Below are positions 28,177-37,713 of a stretch of DNA of 64,000 nt, one piece after another; within the stretch, counting starts at the first letter, position 1; every line of letters starts with the position of its first letter. Both the position numbers and the translations under genes were made by a program. Source of the stretch: a virus; IMG/VR virus record IMGVR_UViG_3300035099_000047, positions 96,001-160,000 of that record; one strand, written 5' to 3'. The notes below the pieces were generated by a model that saw only the letters and a program-made list of their open reading frames with translations, did not search any database and had not been told where the DNA came from.

Positions 28177-28869
28177 TCACCACTCCCAAGCTTTGCGTTC
28201 TTCCTCCCTATCCAATATCTCTTCGCCCCACGCACGCCATATCTCATTGCCAACCAAGCTAGGCACCCGTCGACCTTCTACAGCAGCATAGTTGAACACC
28301 AACCCCTCCGTGTGAGGATTCACAGCATAGTAAATCTCAATACGGGCATAATCTCCATCCACCACCTGGTCCAAAGTGCCTGCTACATCCGCTGGTATCT
28401 GAACATCCGCTTGCATACCCCGCTCTTCCCACCACACTCCATCTTCATCCCGGTATACATCTATCAAAAACTGATTTTCCAACTTGCCCAGATACCCACA
28501 CACCAGCTGCTTAGGGTCTTGACCCTCCAACAACTCATCTACCAAAGCTTTTTCTCTTTGACCACCATCCACCAAACCATTCAAACGCTCCACCAAGTGG
28601 CGATACCTATCCACCAAGCTATCGGCCACACTTGCGCCGTTGAAGAGCTTGGAGTATATTTGGTCTTGGCACTCGTGAATCCGCTTCAGCGTGCTGCAAA
28701 ACAAATTGTTGCGAACGTAATCGTTGTTTGGCCTAATGAGTTGCTTTTCCACTGCAGCCTTCACTACAGCCTCATATACCTCCAAGTCCCGAGACAATTC
28801 AGGACGTGGACCCAACTGGGCCAATGCGTTGCGCCAAACAGGGAGTTGAACCGGTTCAGTCATAATCAA
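28177..28869 (-). CDS. Hypothetical protein with internal leader-like helix
   Basis: EKALVDELLE in the middle of the protein. Confidence 0.6.
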   Translation of the reverse strand: MIMTEPVQLPVWRNALAQLGPRPELSRDLEVYEAVVKAAVEKQLIRPNNDYVRNNLFCSTLKRIHECQDQIYSKLFNGASVADSLVDRYRHLVERLNGLVDGGQREKALVDELLEGQDPKQLVCGYLGKLENQFLIDVYRDEDGVWWEERGMQADVQIPADVAGTLDQVVDGDYARIEIYYAVNPHTEGLVFNYAAVEGRRVPSLVGNEIWRAWGEEILDREEERKAWEW

Positions 28870-29176
28870 ACCACTCCGAAGGGATTGCCCTGTTCAATAA
28901 CGAAACTTGGTGTCCTGGAGGCAACTCCCGGTAAAGTTGCAAAGCTTCCAAATCGGACGAAATTTTATCCATTTCCATCTTGGTAACCACATCATGAACC
29001 ACTTTCCTAACTTTTTCAACTTTAGAAAGTTTATCTGATACGTGGTCCCAAGCATCTCCAACCATTATATCGTCAATGAGGCCCCAAACTTCTTGCAAAG
29101 CTCCAATCACTCGATCTTCCCAAAAAAATTGTTGGGATTCCGCAAGCTGGTTTACACCTTGTTCAAAACTATTCAT
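28856..29176 (-). CDS. Leader-tagged ELP/AFP-family protein
   Basis: MNSFEQGVNQLAE; FWEDRVI; LYRELPPGHQVSLLNRAIP. Confidence 0.75.
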   Translation of the reverse strand: MNSFEQGVNQLAESQQFFWEDRVIGALQEVWGLIDDIMVGDAWDHVSDKLSKVEKVRKVVHDVVTKMEMDKISSDLEALQLYRELPPGHQVSLLNRAIPSEWFDYD

Positions 29177-29181
29177 ATTCC

Positions 29182-29448
29182 TCACTTGAACAATGGGCTC
29201 GCAGAAGCCCTGCGCACATGTTGCACTGCCCGCCTCAAATGATTTATCACTCGTTGACGTTCAAAGTCCCAAGCAGGCCCTACCTCTGGGTCTCGCATAC
29301 GGCCAATCCGTTGTACCATCCCTTCAATCTCATGCAACAATTCGTGAATATCATCCAACCTCGCTTCTTCAAGCGGTTGTCGAGCGCTAGGGCCCATCAG
29401 TTGCTCAACCAAATAGTGAATATCACTTGTTAATGCTAGCTTGGCCAT
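29182..29448 (-). CDS. Hypothetical helical protein
   Basis: IHYLVEQL...LEE; start uncertain. Confidence 0.55.
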   Translation of the reverse strand: MAKLALTSDIHYLVEQLMGPSARQPLEEARLDDIHELLHEIEGMVQRIGRMRDPEVGPAWDFERQRVINHLRRAVQHVRRASASPLFK

Positions 29449-29902
29449 ACTTGGACCAAAACTTTCTGCTCCAAACAAAAACTGCTCCATCATTTATACT
29501 ACTAGTATCTCGCTCTTTCAACACTCCAGCGGCACTATCACTAGGCGTCAACTCACCAGGCAGGATCTTGGTACCTGGGGTATCCACAGCAGCAAAATCG
29601 CTGCTCATAGCACTTACATCGGTTGGGGCACCTTGCTCCACCAAGTCATCCACATCTACATTTGAAAACACCACCCTAATAATGGCCGTACCACCATTCA
29701 CAATGCGCTTGTCCCAGTTGCTTTTGATCCCTGTGACTATGGTTTCTATAGGGCTACGATTTCCCGAAATATCCGTCAAAGTCAACTCCGTATACAGTGA
29801 CGGTTGCTTAACTATGTCCACTCCAACCCGCAAGAATCCATAGCCGAGCTCTACCACTCGGTCTATCAACTCACCAGCAACTGGAGTGCTCAAGCGAACC
29901 AT
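29423..29902 (-). CDS. Hypothetical protein
   Basis: GGAGG SD before MVRLSTP. Confidence 0.6.
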   Translation of the reverse strand: MVRLSTPVAGELIDRVVELGYGFLRVGVDIVKQPSLYTELTLTDISGNRSPIETIVTGIKSNWDKRIVNGGTAIIRVVFSNVDVDDLVEQGAPTDVSAMSSDFAAVDTPGTKILPGELTPSDSAAGVLKERDTSSINDGAVFVWSRKFWSKYGQASINK

Positions 29903-29985
29903 TACGAACCTCCAACGGTTCAAGCCTCAGCGCCCCGGTACCCCGCCAGGTAGACCTGAGGCGCTGAGGGAAACCGGAGAACCGC

Positions 29986-31266
29986 CTATCTGCTACCACA
30001 GAGCACACGAGCTGCCAACTTGTGAGGATTGGCACCACGCTCAATCAACTTGACTGCCCGCTCCAAGTCTCGACGGATGTCCTCACGCACCTTCTCTCCA
30101 GTCAAACCCGCAGCAGGTGCAGGCCCAACTCCCTTATCTGTGGTCTCATCCGTGGCTGAACCCTCCCGCTTAGTCACTTCTTCGGGGTGCCCTTCAATCT
30201 CATCCTTGGGCTTGCCCCCAGCCGGGGAGCTAGCGCTCGGATTAGTCAACTGGCTAGGGCTCTTTTCCTCCTTGGACTCCCCCTCACCGGTGCCACCTTC
30301 CTCACCAGGATTGGTTGGTTGTCCCACTTGACTAACCGAACTGGCTTGGGGATTGGTAACTGATGGGTCTTTGACAGTTTGAGTTGGCTTCATATCTTGT
30401 TCATCCAAAAACTGTTTTATGTCCCTCCTGAGAGCCTCCTCAGCAGCCTTGGCCTCTGCAGCTTCTTCAGCTCCTTCGCCACCCTCAGCACTGTGCTTTT
30501 CAATCTCAAAATCCATCAGCTGATCAATGGCATTTTGGATGTCAGCAACCAACTCTTGTTCCTCTTCAGGCACGGTAGCTGCAAAGTCCTTGACCAACTC
30601 CATCCGATCAGCTTCTTCGGCCTCAGCAGCTTCTTCAGGCTCCAACTCACCTTGCTCCGCCCATTCAGGCTCCGTGTCTTCCAAATCACTCAATGCCTGA
30701 TCTGCAGCAGCTTCAATGTCCGCACCTACGTCCTCTGCAGGCGATTCCTCTGCTGTAGGCCCTTCAACAGGTTCCTCAACAGGTTCATCTTCAACAGGTT
30801 CATCTTCAACTGGTTCATCCTCCATAGAGGTCTCATCATCATCCGAATCTTCCTGGAACCTACCCATGCCAAGCCCACGTCCCGGTGGCCCCATACCCAT
30901 AGGCCCCCACCGCCTGCGACGGCGCAATGTGCCGGGCCGACGATTGGCTTCAGGTGAAGGTCCCATCGGAAACTGTTCGTTCAATTCAGGATCGGTTTCA
31001 AGTAGCTTGTCCACCGCTTGGTCCTCCAAGGAATCTTGAATGTAATACTTGCCACTGGCCAAGTTAATGGTTTGGCGTCCACTGCCATCGCGGTTCATAA
31101 CAACCACGGTGTTAGCCGTTGGATTGATGTCATTCGGCTCGTTGCCCACATACTTGATTTCACCATTAGGCATGATGATTTTGGCAAACGGCCGGACATC
31201 CAGTGTGCGAGCAGTGCGTCGCGTGACCGTGCTCTTGGCTTCTGTACGCTGATTGGTTCGACTCAT
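29986..31266 (-). CDS. Highly acidic prohead core/scaffold-like protein
   Basis: (EDEPV)n and E/A-rich tracts, many x-x-E sites, internal SLEDQAVDKLLE. Confidence 0.7.
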   Translation of the reverse strand: MSRTNQRTEAKSTVTRRTARTLDVRPFAKIIMPNGEIKYVGNEPNDINPTANTVVVMNRDGSGRQTINLASGKYYIQDSLEDQAVDKLLETDPELNEQFPMGPSPEANRRPGTLRRRRRWGPMGMGPPGRGLGMGRFQEDSDDDETSMEDEPVEDEPVEDEPVEEPVEGPTAEESPAEDVGADIEAAADQALSDLEDTEPEWAEQGELEPEEAAEAEEADRMELVKDFAATVPEEEQELVADIQNAIDQLMDFEIEKHSAEGGEGAEEAAEAKAAEEALRRDIKQFLDEQDMKPTQTVKDPSVTNPQASSVSQVGQPTNPGEEGGTGEGESKEEKSPSQLTNPSASSPAGGKPKDEIEGHPEEVTKREGSATDETTDKGVGPAPAAGLTGEKVREDIRRDLERAVKLIERGANPHKLAARVLCGSR

Positions 31267-32006
31267 GTCATTGCTCCAGTATTTGCTTGGTTTATCTTCC
31301 GCTTGATCTGAAGTGCACATTGATTCTGTTGATGTGCCCTACCATCGCTGCTCACGCTTTTGTCGTGCAATCGAAGGTAAGTCAATGGTTCAGCCAGCTG
31401 AGCAATACGATACTTTTGGGCAATCCGCCACCAATAGTCCCAATCTTGAGCATACGGGTAATGCTCATCATAACCACCAACAATATCTAAAACGCAACGA
31501 CGGAACATAACAGACGAATGCGCCAATTGGTTACGCTCCCTTAGCCCCTTAACTAGCTGCTCATGAGTGGTTAAAGTATTCCAGATTTCCTTGGTAGCCC
31601 GTTCACCTCGTATGATATGGACTGGAGTACCCAACAGGGCCACTTCAGGGTGTTCATTCAGGTAATGGACCTGTTTTGTGAATCGGCTAGGCTTGCTCCA
31701 ATCATCAGCATCCAGCCTGGCTATGAACTCACTATTAGCTCTACCTAGCCCGTGATTCAATGCCCGAGTAATCCCTGAATGGGGCATGCGATAGTAACCC
31801 AAGCGTCGGCTGAACGAGTGATGCTTTTGACGCAGGGCCAGGTAGGCATGAGGAGTTTGATCAGTGCTACCATCATCTACCAAGACAATTTCAATCGGGC
31901 CTACGTAGTCTTGATAAACGATTGACTCAATGGCTTGATGAAACCATTTCAGCTTCGGTGGTGAAGCCACATTCCATGCAGGGATAACTACACTGACCAG
32001 TTCCAT
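31263..32006 (-). CDS. Glycosyltransferase family 2
   Basis: VSVVIPAWN...VDDGSTD...ALNHGL...ARLDADD...AQDWDYW. Confidence 0.95.
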   Translation of the reverse strand: MELVSVVIPAWNVASPPKLKWFHQAIESIVYQDYVGPIEIVLVDDGSTDQTPHAYLALRQKHHSFSRRLGYYRMPHSGITRALNHGLGRANSEFIARLDADDWSKPSRFTKQVHYLNEHPEVALLGTPVHIIRGERATKEIWNTLTTHEQLVKGLRERNQLAHSSVMFRRCVLDIVGGYDEHYPYAQDWDYWWRIAQKYRIAQLAEPLTYLRLHDKSVSSDGRAHQQNQCALQIKRKINQANTGAMT

Positions 32007-32013
32007 TCAGCCC

Positions 32014-32397
32014 TTAACTCACTAGCCGGAAGTTTGAACCTTTCAAATAAGCCCCACCCCTTGTGTCCAGGCGAAAATCCAACCAACGCCCTGGAGCCAC
32101 ATCATCAGGATGCAAATCTTCTATGGGAGCATGAAACTGTACAACAGCTCCGCCGTAACTTTGCTTGACGTGTTCAAAACTACTAGATGCATAAACACCA
32201 TAACTGTCTGGAACACCTTCGGGAACTCTTAACTTCCCAGCCCTGACAATATCACAGGCGATTTCAGGCCTCGTAGCATGATAAAGAGTAATTGTACCAT
32301 CTGGATTCAACTCACCCCCAGCAGACAAAAACTCCTCCAACCACGAAGGGTACCCGTCTTCCAACAACCAACGGGCTACCCAACTGAACCGGTCCAT
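32014..32397 (-). CDS. Leader-tagged ADP-ribosyltransferase-like protein
   Basis: MDRFSWVARWLLE; TLYHAT...I...G...GVYASSS...YG. Confidence 0.55.
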   Translation of the reverse strand: MDRFSWVARWLLEDGYPSWLEEFLSAGGELNPDGTITLYHATRPEIACDIVRAGKLRVPEGVPDSYGVYASSSFEHVKQSYGGAVVQFHAPIEDLHPDDVAPGRWLDFRLDTRGGAYLKGSNFRLVS

Positions 32398-32419
32398 AGT
32401 TCAACCCTCACCTTGCCGC

Positions 32420-32758
32420 TCAATACCAACCATCTGGGAATGCCTTTTTGAGCAGCGCTTGTTGGTGTTCCTTGGGTAATTCCCGAAAAAGTATCACAGC
32501 CCCTTGATCCTTAAATTTTGGATCACCTTCTGCAAACCCAATTTGCACGAACCACAATATCTTATTCCGAACCCTTTCTGCAGTCACTGCTGGTCTTTGT
32601 CTCTTAATAGCATGCCAACCAGTCCCCCAGAGCTCGTAAACATACTTCCCGAGCTGGTGCAAATACTCAATCATCCGATCTTCCCAAAACCGCTCATCAG
32701 AATGGGTCTGTGAGTCTTCTGTTAGATTACAAACAGCTTGTTCAAACAACCGACCCAT
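32420..32758 (-). CDS. Leader-tagged ELP/AFP-family protein
   Basis: MGRLFEQAVCNLTE; FWEDRMI; LFRELPKEHQQALLKKAFP. Confidence 0.78.
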   Translation of the reverse strand: MGRLFEQAVCNLTEDSQTHSDERFWEDRMIEYLHQLGKYVYELWGTGWHAIKRQRPAVTAERVRNKILWFVQIGFAEGDPKFKDQGAVILFRELPKEHQQALLKKAFPDGWY

Positions 32759-32760
32759 TA

Positions 32761-33078
32761 CTAATATCCTTTAGGAAAGTATTTCCCAGGAAAAGCTTGT
32801 CTCAATAACTCATCTCTTTGTTCTCCTGGCAACTCTTCAAAGAACTCCAAGGCTTCCATATCCAAACCCCACCTTTTCAGCGTTTCATCATCCAAGTAAC
32901 TCAACTCATACTCCACTTCCCATCGCACATAGTCAGCATCTACTTCAATACCTTGATATTGGGCACTGTCATATACCTGATCCGCTATTTTGTCCCAAAC
33001 ATCGTGCAAAGCCTCTACCACCCGGTCAAGAAATGAATCCTCCATCAGTCGTTGAACAGATTTTTCAAATCTACTCAT
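32761..33078 (-). CDS. Leader-tagged ELP/AFP-family protein
   Basis: MSRFEKSVQRLME; FFEELPGEQRDELLRQAFP. Confidence 0.78.
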   Translation of the reverse strand: MSRFEKSVQRLMEDSFLDRVVEALHDVWDKIADQVYDSAQYQGIEVDADYVRWEVEYELSYLDDETLKRWGLDMEALEFFEELPGEQRDELLRQAFPGKYFPKGY

Positions 33079-33082
33079 TTTA

Positions 33083-33367
33083 TCACCCAGGGAAAAGTCG
33101 GCACAAAATGTCCCACCTTTGCTCAGCAGGCAACTCCACGTAAAACTTCAATGCATTCCTATCTGGTACTATGGGAAACCACTCTGGTTCAGCATCTTCT
33201 CGAGCCAATTTGTCCACGAACCTTTTCAACATATCAAATTCCATTGGAGTCTGTGGCTCTAACATTATCTGGGACCTCAACTGTTTCAATACTCGGTCCA
33301 CCCTTCCAAGCCAATCAAAAGGCTGCTCCTTTGCCATACTCTCAACCAACTTCTCGAACTCCCCCAA
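33083..33367 (-). CDS. Leader-tagged ELP/AFP-family protein
   Basis: TTG start, LGEFEKLVESMAKE; FYVELPAEQRWDILCRLFP. Confidence 0.7.
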   Translation of the reverse strand: MGEFEKLVESMAKEQPFDWLGRVDRVLKQLRSQIMLEPQTPMEFDMLKRFVDKLAREDAEPEWFPIVPDRNALKFYVELPAEQRWDILCRLFPG

Positions 33368-33368
33368 C

Positions 33369-33563
33369 TCACCGTCCTCCCAAATCCACATTACCCCCCT
33401 GGCTCTTGCCCACTTTACACAGTCCTAGCATCTCCAACACTTCCGCTTGTGTCCGTCCAGTCTGTTCGACCAATCGGTCCACTAACTCCAACGGGGCACT
33501 CCAATGGGTTGCCTTGTTGTAAACCCTCTCGCCATAGATTTCAGTGCCCTCTTGCGGTTTCAT
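33369..33563 (-). CDS. Hypothetical protein
   Basis: 64 aa, ATGA overlap; contains ELVDRLVE. Confidence 0.5.
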   Translation of the reverse strand: MKPQEGTEIYGERVYNKATHWSAPLELVDRLVEQTGRTQAEVLEMLGLCKVGKSQGGNVDLGGR

Positions 33564-34234
33564 TCCTCGCCCTCCAATAAACGGTTGACTATTTGCTCAA
33601 ATTCGCTTTCACTATAAGGCGGGTAAGCCTGACCTGTGACTTGCTTGAAACGTGTAACAAATGAATGAGGATCGTAACTCGGATCAAACCCCAAACCCAA
33701 TACTTCCATAGCAGCTTGCTTCTCAAGCCCCCACAACAAGTGCAACTTTTGTAGCAACTTGGCCTTTTCCTTTGAGGTCAAGGGAATGCTACGAGGTCCA
33801 ACTTTTCTCAATTGTTTAACAGGCAATGTACCTTCATGAGAAACGGAAACCACTATGGGATAATCCGGATGAACTGTCCTCAATCTCTCAATGCTACCCC
33901 GAAGCCCATTGATGATCCTTCCTAAATCTTGATACAATGGGTGTTCTAGGGGTTCTGGGTTCCAAAAACTAATCACAATCATCCCTCCACCCAAACCCAA
34001 TCGGCCATACAAAACCGGAGTATCCCCACGGCGAGTATAGTCCTCTAAATTCAATTCATCCGGATATTGGTTTATCAAGTATCCATGATTCCGATCACCA
34101 GGGCCAGTGAACAACTTGCGAGTTCGGGTGTCATAAGCAAACGTGACCGAGCGAGAGTCTTCAAGCAACCAGTCCGGTGTTATCCATTGCTCACGGTAGA
34201 CTTTGAGCGGATCCCATTCCATTTCATCACCCAT
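33560..34234 (-). CDS. Hypothetical protein with a C-terminal copy of the leader
   Basis: Ends YSESEFEQIVNRLLEGEE. Confidence 0.7.
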   Translation of the reverse strand: MGDEMEWDPLKVYREQWITPDWLLEDSRSVTFAYDTRTRKLFTGPGDRNHGYLINQYPDELNLEDYTRRGDTPVLYGRLGLGGGMIVISFWNPEPLEHPLYQDLGRIINGLRGSIERLRTVHPDYPIVVSVSHEGTLPVKQLRKVGPRSIPLTSKEKAKLLQKLHLLWGLEKQAAMEVLGLGFDPSYDPHSFVTRFKQVTGQAYPPYSESEFEQIVNRLLEGEE

Positions 34235-34496
34235 TCAACAACCGCTCCACTGCCTGCTCAAACTTTCCACTCTCCTTGACTCTAGCAACTTCATTGGCAT
34301 TCTTTTCCAGCCAATCCAAGAATTGCTCCTGGTCATATTGACAGCCAGTTGCCACTGCACGGACAAATTCCTGCATAGGCATCTTTTTAGGCACATATTC
34401 CTTCGGGATGCCGTTGATCTCAATGATCAACCCCGTGCGACCCAAAGCAAAAGGCTTGGGTCGGCTTTCATGCATTCGACGTTTGGTACTGGCCAT
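34227..34496 (-). CDS. Hypothetical protein with a C-terminal copy of the leader
   Basis: Ends VKESGKFEQAVERLLNG; start uncertain. Confidence 0.6.
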   Translation of the reverse strand: MASTKRRMHESRPKPFALGRTGLIIEINGIPKEYVPKKMPMQEFVRAVATGCQYDQEQFLDWLEKNANEVARVKESGKFEQAVERLLNG

Positions 34497-35298
34497 TGTA
34501 AACCCTTTCAAATAACTTTTTGTGCTCTTCAACCCAATAGTTTTCATTCCATTGAGCAACGCTCAACGCATAATTTTCACGCCGAATATACAAACCTCTC
34601 AGCTGCAAAACCAAATCGTCAAAGTCATTTGGCTCATAAGCTATCACACCAGGGTGGGCTGCAAAGTCTTGTTGCAATCCCACTCCGCGACCGATCATTA
34701 CCGGCACCCCACTCGCCAATCCTTCCATTACCGATAACGGGCCAGCTTCATGAGTTGACGTAATTAGTACCACATCACTCTTGCGCATCATAGCATACAG
34801 TTCAAACGGAGTCAAATTACCCCCGCTTTCAAGCACCTCAACCCACTTGTATTGCCGCAAGCGGCTCACCCACTCATACCGCTTGCGGTTGTCATAACCA
34901 GGGGGGTGACGATGAGGCCACAACACTCGCAACGGCCGTGGGCTACAAAGCTGATGAACCGGGGGAAATATCAAACTGACTCTATTGTATCCCACCAACT
35001 GACCCACCTGTTGATAATACTTGCTACTAAGGGTAACACAATGATCCACAGCTCGGGCTATGCGGTTGTAACGCTCTCCATGTTTACCCGGTAGGCTGTG
35101 GGTCATTAGAGCCACTATTGGTCTAGGTACCCTACCACAATGCTCGTATTCCAAATATGGTACAAAATAGGTGAGATCATATTTGGGTTGAGACCAACTT
35201 TTGGTGTTGTAATAAACCTCCACTCCAGGTATGTTCAGCAACAAGTCCGCAAGCCTTCGGCAAACCCAGCTTGACTCTGCAAACACTAGCACCTTCAT
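34468..35298 (-). CDS. Glycosyltransferase, GT-B fold (GT4-like)
   Basis: SDVVLITSTHEAGPLSVMEGLASGVPV. Confidence 0.9.
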   Translation of the reverse strand: MKVLVFAESSWVCRRLADLLLNIPGVEVYYNTKSWSQPKYDLTYFVPYLEYEHCGRVPRPIVALMTHSLPGKHGERYNRIARAVDHCVTLSSKYYQQVGQLVGYNRVSLIFPPVHQLCSPRPLRVLWPHRHPPGYDNRKRYEWVSRLRQYKWVEVLESGGNLTPFELYAMMRKSDVVLITSTHEAGPLSVMEGLASGVPVMIGRGVGLQQDFAAHPGVIAYEPNDFDDLVLQLRGLYIRRENYALSVAQWNENYWVEEHKKLFERVYNGQYQTSNA

Positions 35299-36122
35299 CT
35301 TCTGTGCTCACAAATCATACTTGGGTTAAGGTATATTCGGTCATGACCCCCAGCGGCCATTGCCTTGTGTAAACCAACATGCTCACACTCGGGACCACTA
35401 TACTGATATGGTAACACACTGCTCATCCGATAAAATCCCAAACCTCCAAAACAGCTACTCACCCTCATCAAAGGAGAACCCCGCCGGAGTATCATGTTGG
35501 CAATTTCACGATCCGGGTGAGGTTCCGGATGATCCAGCTTGCGAAATGCCCAAGTGTCATAATGACGATAACGTGAGCCTAACTTGATCAGTCCCTGGCT
35601 ACCCACCATGTCCCAATCCTCATAGTAAAACGTGGTAGCAATGCCATCCAAATCCCAATCATGCAAATCCAAGTCAACTACGCAGTAATAATCGAACTTA
35701 GAATAATATCGCCGCACTTCATCTAGCACTCGGTTGCGAGCAGCAGCCATGTTATCCATCCGCTTAGTGCTGCGACTGTCTCGACCTGTGGAACCAAACT
35801 TCGCAGTGCCCAGCCTTTCAGAAATCACAGACAGGTTAGGAAATCTATCCTCCAAAATCCGCAGATACTCTACGGTACGATCTACCGAATCATTTTCGTA
35901 AATGACCACTTGGTGTTTTTCAAAAAGCGACACCAAATCACTTAACCGTTGAGCAAATCCAGGTATGAATTTGGCTACGTCCCTACCTATGGCCCCAACT
36001 ACAACGCTGCTCCGAAGCATACGGTCATGGCCCTTACGAACCTGATCATGGTACTTCATCAAGGAATTGGGAGAATCCAACTGATCATTCACAATCCTAG
36101 TTTTGCTAACAATTGCTGCCAT
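35295..36122 (-). CDS. Glycosyltransferase, GT-A fold (CAP59/GT69-like)
   Basis: IYENDSVDRT...MAAARNRVL...VDLD...YDTWAFR...SCFGG...CEH. Confidence 0.8.
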   Translation of the reverse strand: MAAIVSKTRIVNDQLDSPNSLMKYHDQVRKGHDRMLRSSVVVGAIGRDVAKFIPGFAQRLSDLVSLFEKHQVVIYENDSVDRTVEYLRILEDRFPNLSVISERLGTAKFGSTGRDSRSTKRMDNMAAARNRVLDEVRRYYSKFDYYCVVDLDLHDWDLDGIATTFYYEDWDMVGSQGLIKLGSRYRHYDTWAFRKLDHPEPHPDREIANMILRRGSPLMRVSSCFGGLGFYRMSSVLPYQYSGPECEHVGLHKAMAAGGHDRIYLNPSMICEHRR

Positions 36123-37123
36123 GATTGATTAAACCTCAGCTGACGATTTTCTAACCCCTGAAACACCCGGTGCTTCAACTCGTTAAGATTGTCCAGTGCA
36201 TATCGCAAAGCCCCCAAGTAACTTTGATAAGCTACCTCATCTTGCTCCACCTCTGGCACTCCATCCCTAAACCAATGGAGTGAACATTTAGCCAATGAAG
36301 CATTGACCCCATGGGCTAAATACTCCCCCAATGGAGGCACGTCATAGGCAACCACAGGGGTACCAACCGCAATGGCCTCTAAACCCATGAGGCCAAGGCC
36401 CTCTCGTGTTGTAGGCCACAGAAACAAATCAGCCATACGCAATGCATGATTATGAGTAACTGAATCTGGATTGGCCATCAGTTGTACCTCTGGCAACCTG
36501 TTCATTTCCAACCTGTCACGAGGTAGCAAGTGCCCTACATAGTGCACTGCCAACTCCAAATCCCTATCTTCCTTCAGCATTTGGTTCACAGCCCGAAACA
36601 CGAAGTCCCCCCGCCGTCGGGGTTCTGGCAACCCTTGGGCAAATAGCAGCTTGATAGGTTTTCCATTTGAAGGTGGCTTGCTAGTATGAATTGGCACCAT
36701 CCAGGGTATGTAAACTGTCTTGTTAGCATATCCTCGATTTTGCAGCAATTGATAGCAACCAGCCGTAGGAGCTACCAACACATCGGCTATCCTAGCGCTC
36801 TTTTCATAATCTACAAACCGCTCCCACATCACCACGTACACACTTTTGACCCCCTGCTTGACATTTTCCTGAACTTGGTCTAAGGGGCAGTGGTGAATGA
36901 AAAATACAGCCTTGGGGCGGTGTTTGTTCAACCAGGTTGGATAAGCACAGTTGCGATCAATCCAATGCCGCTCCCGAGGGTGAACTCCATCCTCGTACTT
37001 TTCAAAAGGGCGAATGGTGGAAGGCACCCTTTGATCAGCTAACATGTCAGCCATCTGGGCAGCCATGTAACTGATGCCCTGACGCCGCCACCAACAGCTG
37101 AAACCTACAGCCATTTCAATCAT
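36089..37123 (-). CDS. Glycosyltransferase family 4-like
   Basis: ADLFLWPTTREGLGLMGLEAIAVGTPVVAYD. Confidence 0.9.
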   Translation of the reverse strand: MIEMAVGFSCWWRRQGISYMAAQMADMLADQRVPSTIRPFEKYEDGVHPRERHWIDRNCAYPTWLNKHRPKAVFFIHHCPLDQVQENVKQGVKSVYVVMWERFVDYEKSARIADVLVAPTAGCYQLLQNRGYANKTVYIPWMVPIHTSKPPSNGKPIKLLFAQGLPEPRRRGDFVFRAVNQMLKEDRDLELAVHYVGHLLPRDRLEMNRLPEVQLMANPDSVTHNHALRMADLFLWPTTREGLGLMGLEAIAVGTPVVAYDVPPLGEYLAHGVNASLAKCSLHWFRDGVPEVEQDEVAYQSYLGALRYALDNLNELKHRVFQGLENRQLRFNQSWQQLLAKLGL

Positions 37124-37677
37124 CCTTCAAATGCATATCCAAATCTTTCAATTTCCCATTCGCTATAGCTAGCAACCTTATCTATCAATTCTGGAGTATA
37201 ATAGGTTGAATAATGATCACGATCCAGGTGGTTTAATCGTGGGTAATTATCAACAGAAATATGGAAACGGTCGGCTATGGGTACCAGCGATTGGGGCAAT
37301 TTTTCATACATTCCTATGTAATCCACCAACGGAGAATTGTCCAAACATAACCAGTATTGTTGTCCAGGAGCAAAACCAAAGTGAAAATCTACAAACTCCT
37401 CAAAAGTCATGTGAGCCGGGATTAAACTGCTTGCTTGATGATAAGAATATGCAGAAACCATTCTCTCCCATGGATTCCTAACAAATCCAAACTTGAAGGA
37501 TTGGGCGAACAGCTGAGGACTTAACACTGTGCGAATAACTGACGCGGCAACATGATAAGAACAACCTCTCAGCACATCCAAAATCCCATTATTTTTTAAC
37601 CAACTACGCAAGCTACTCCCAGCCGTTCTAGGCACATGAACGAAAATGGCCATGATTGGTTCAAAAACTATCACCAC
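37120..37677 (-). CDS. Sulfotransferase family 2
   Basis: FVHVPRTAGSS (5'-PSB loop); FVRNPWERMVSAY (3'-PB). Confidence 0.92.
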   Translation of the reverse strand: MVIVFEPIMAIFVHVPRTAGSSLRSWLKNNGILDVLRGCSYHVAASVIRTVLSPQLFAQSFKFGFVRNPWERMVSAYSYHQASSLIPAHMTFEEFVDFHFGFAPGQQYWLCLDNSPLVDYIGMYEKLPQSLVPIADRFHISVDNYPRLNHLDRDHYSTYYTPELIDKVASYSEWEIERFGYAFEG

Positions 37678-37713
37678 ACCAAAATCCTTCGATTTACACC
37701 ATTCCCACCCCCA

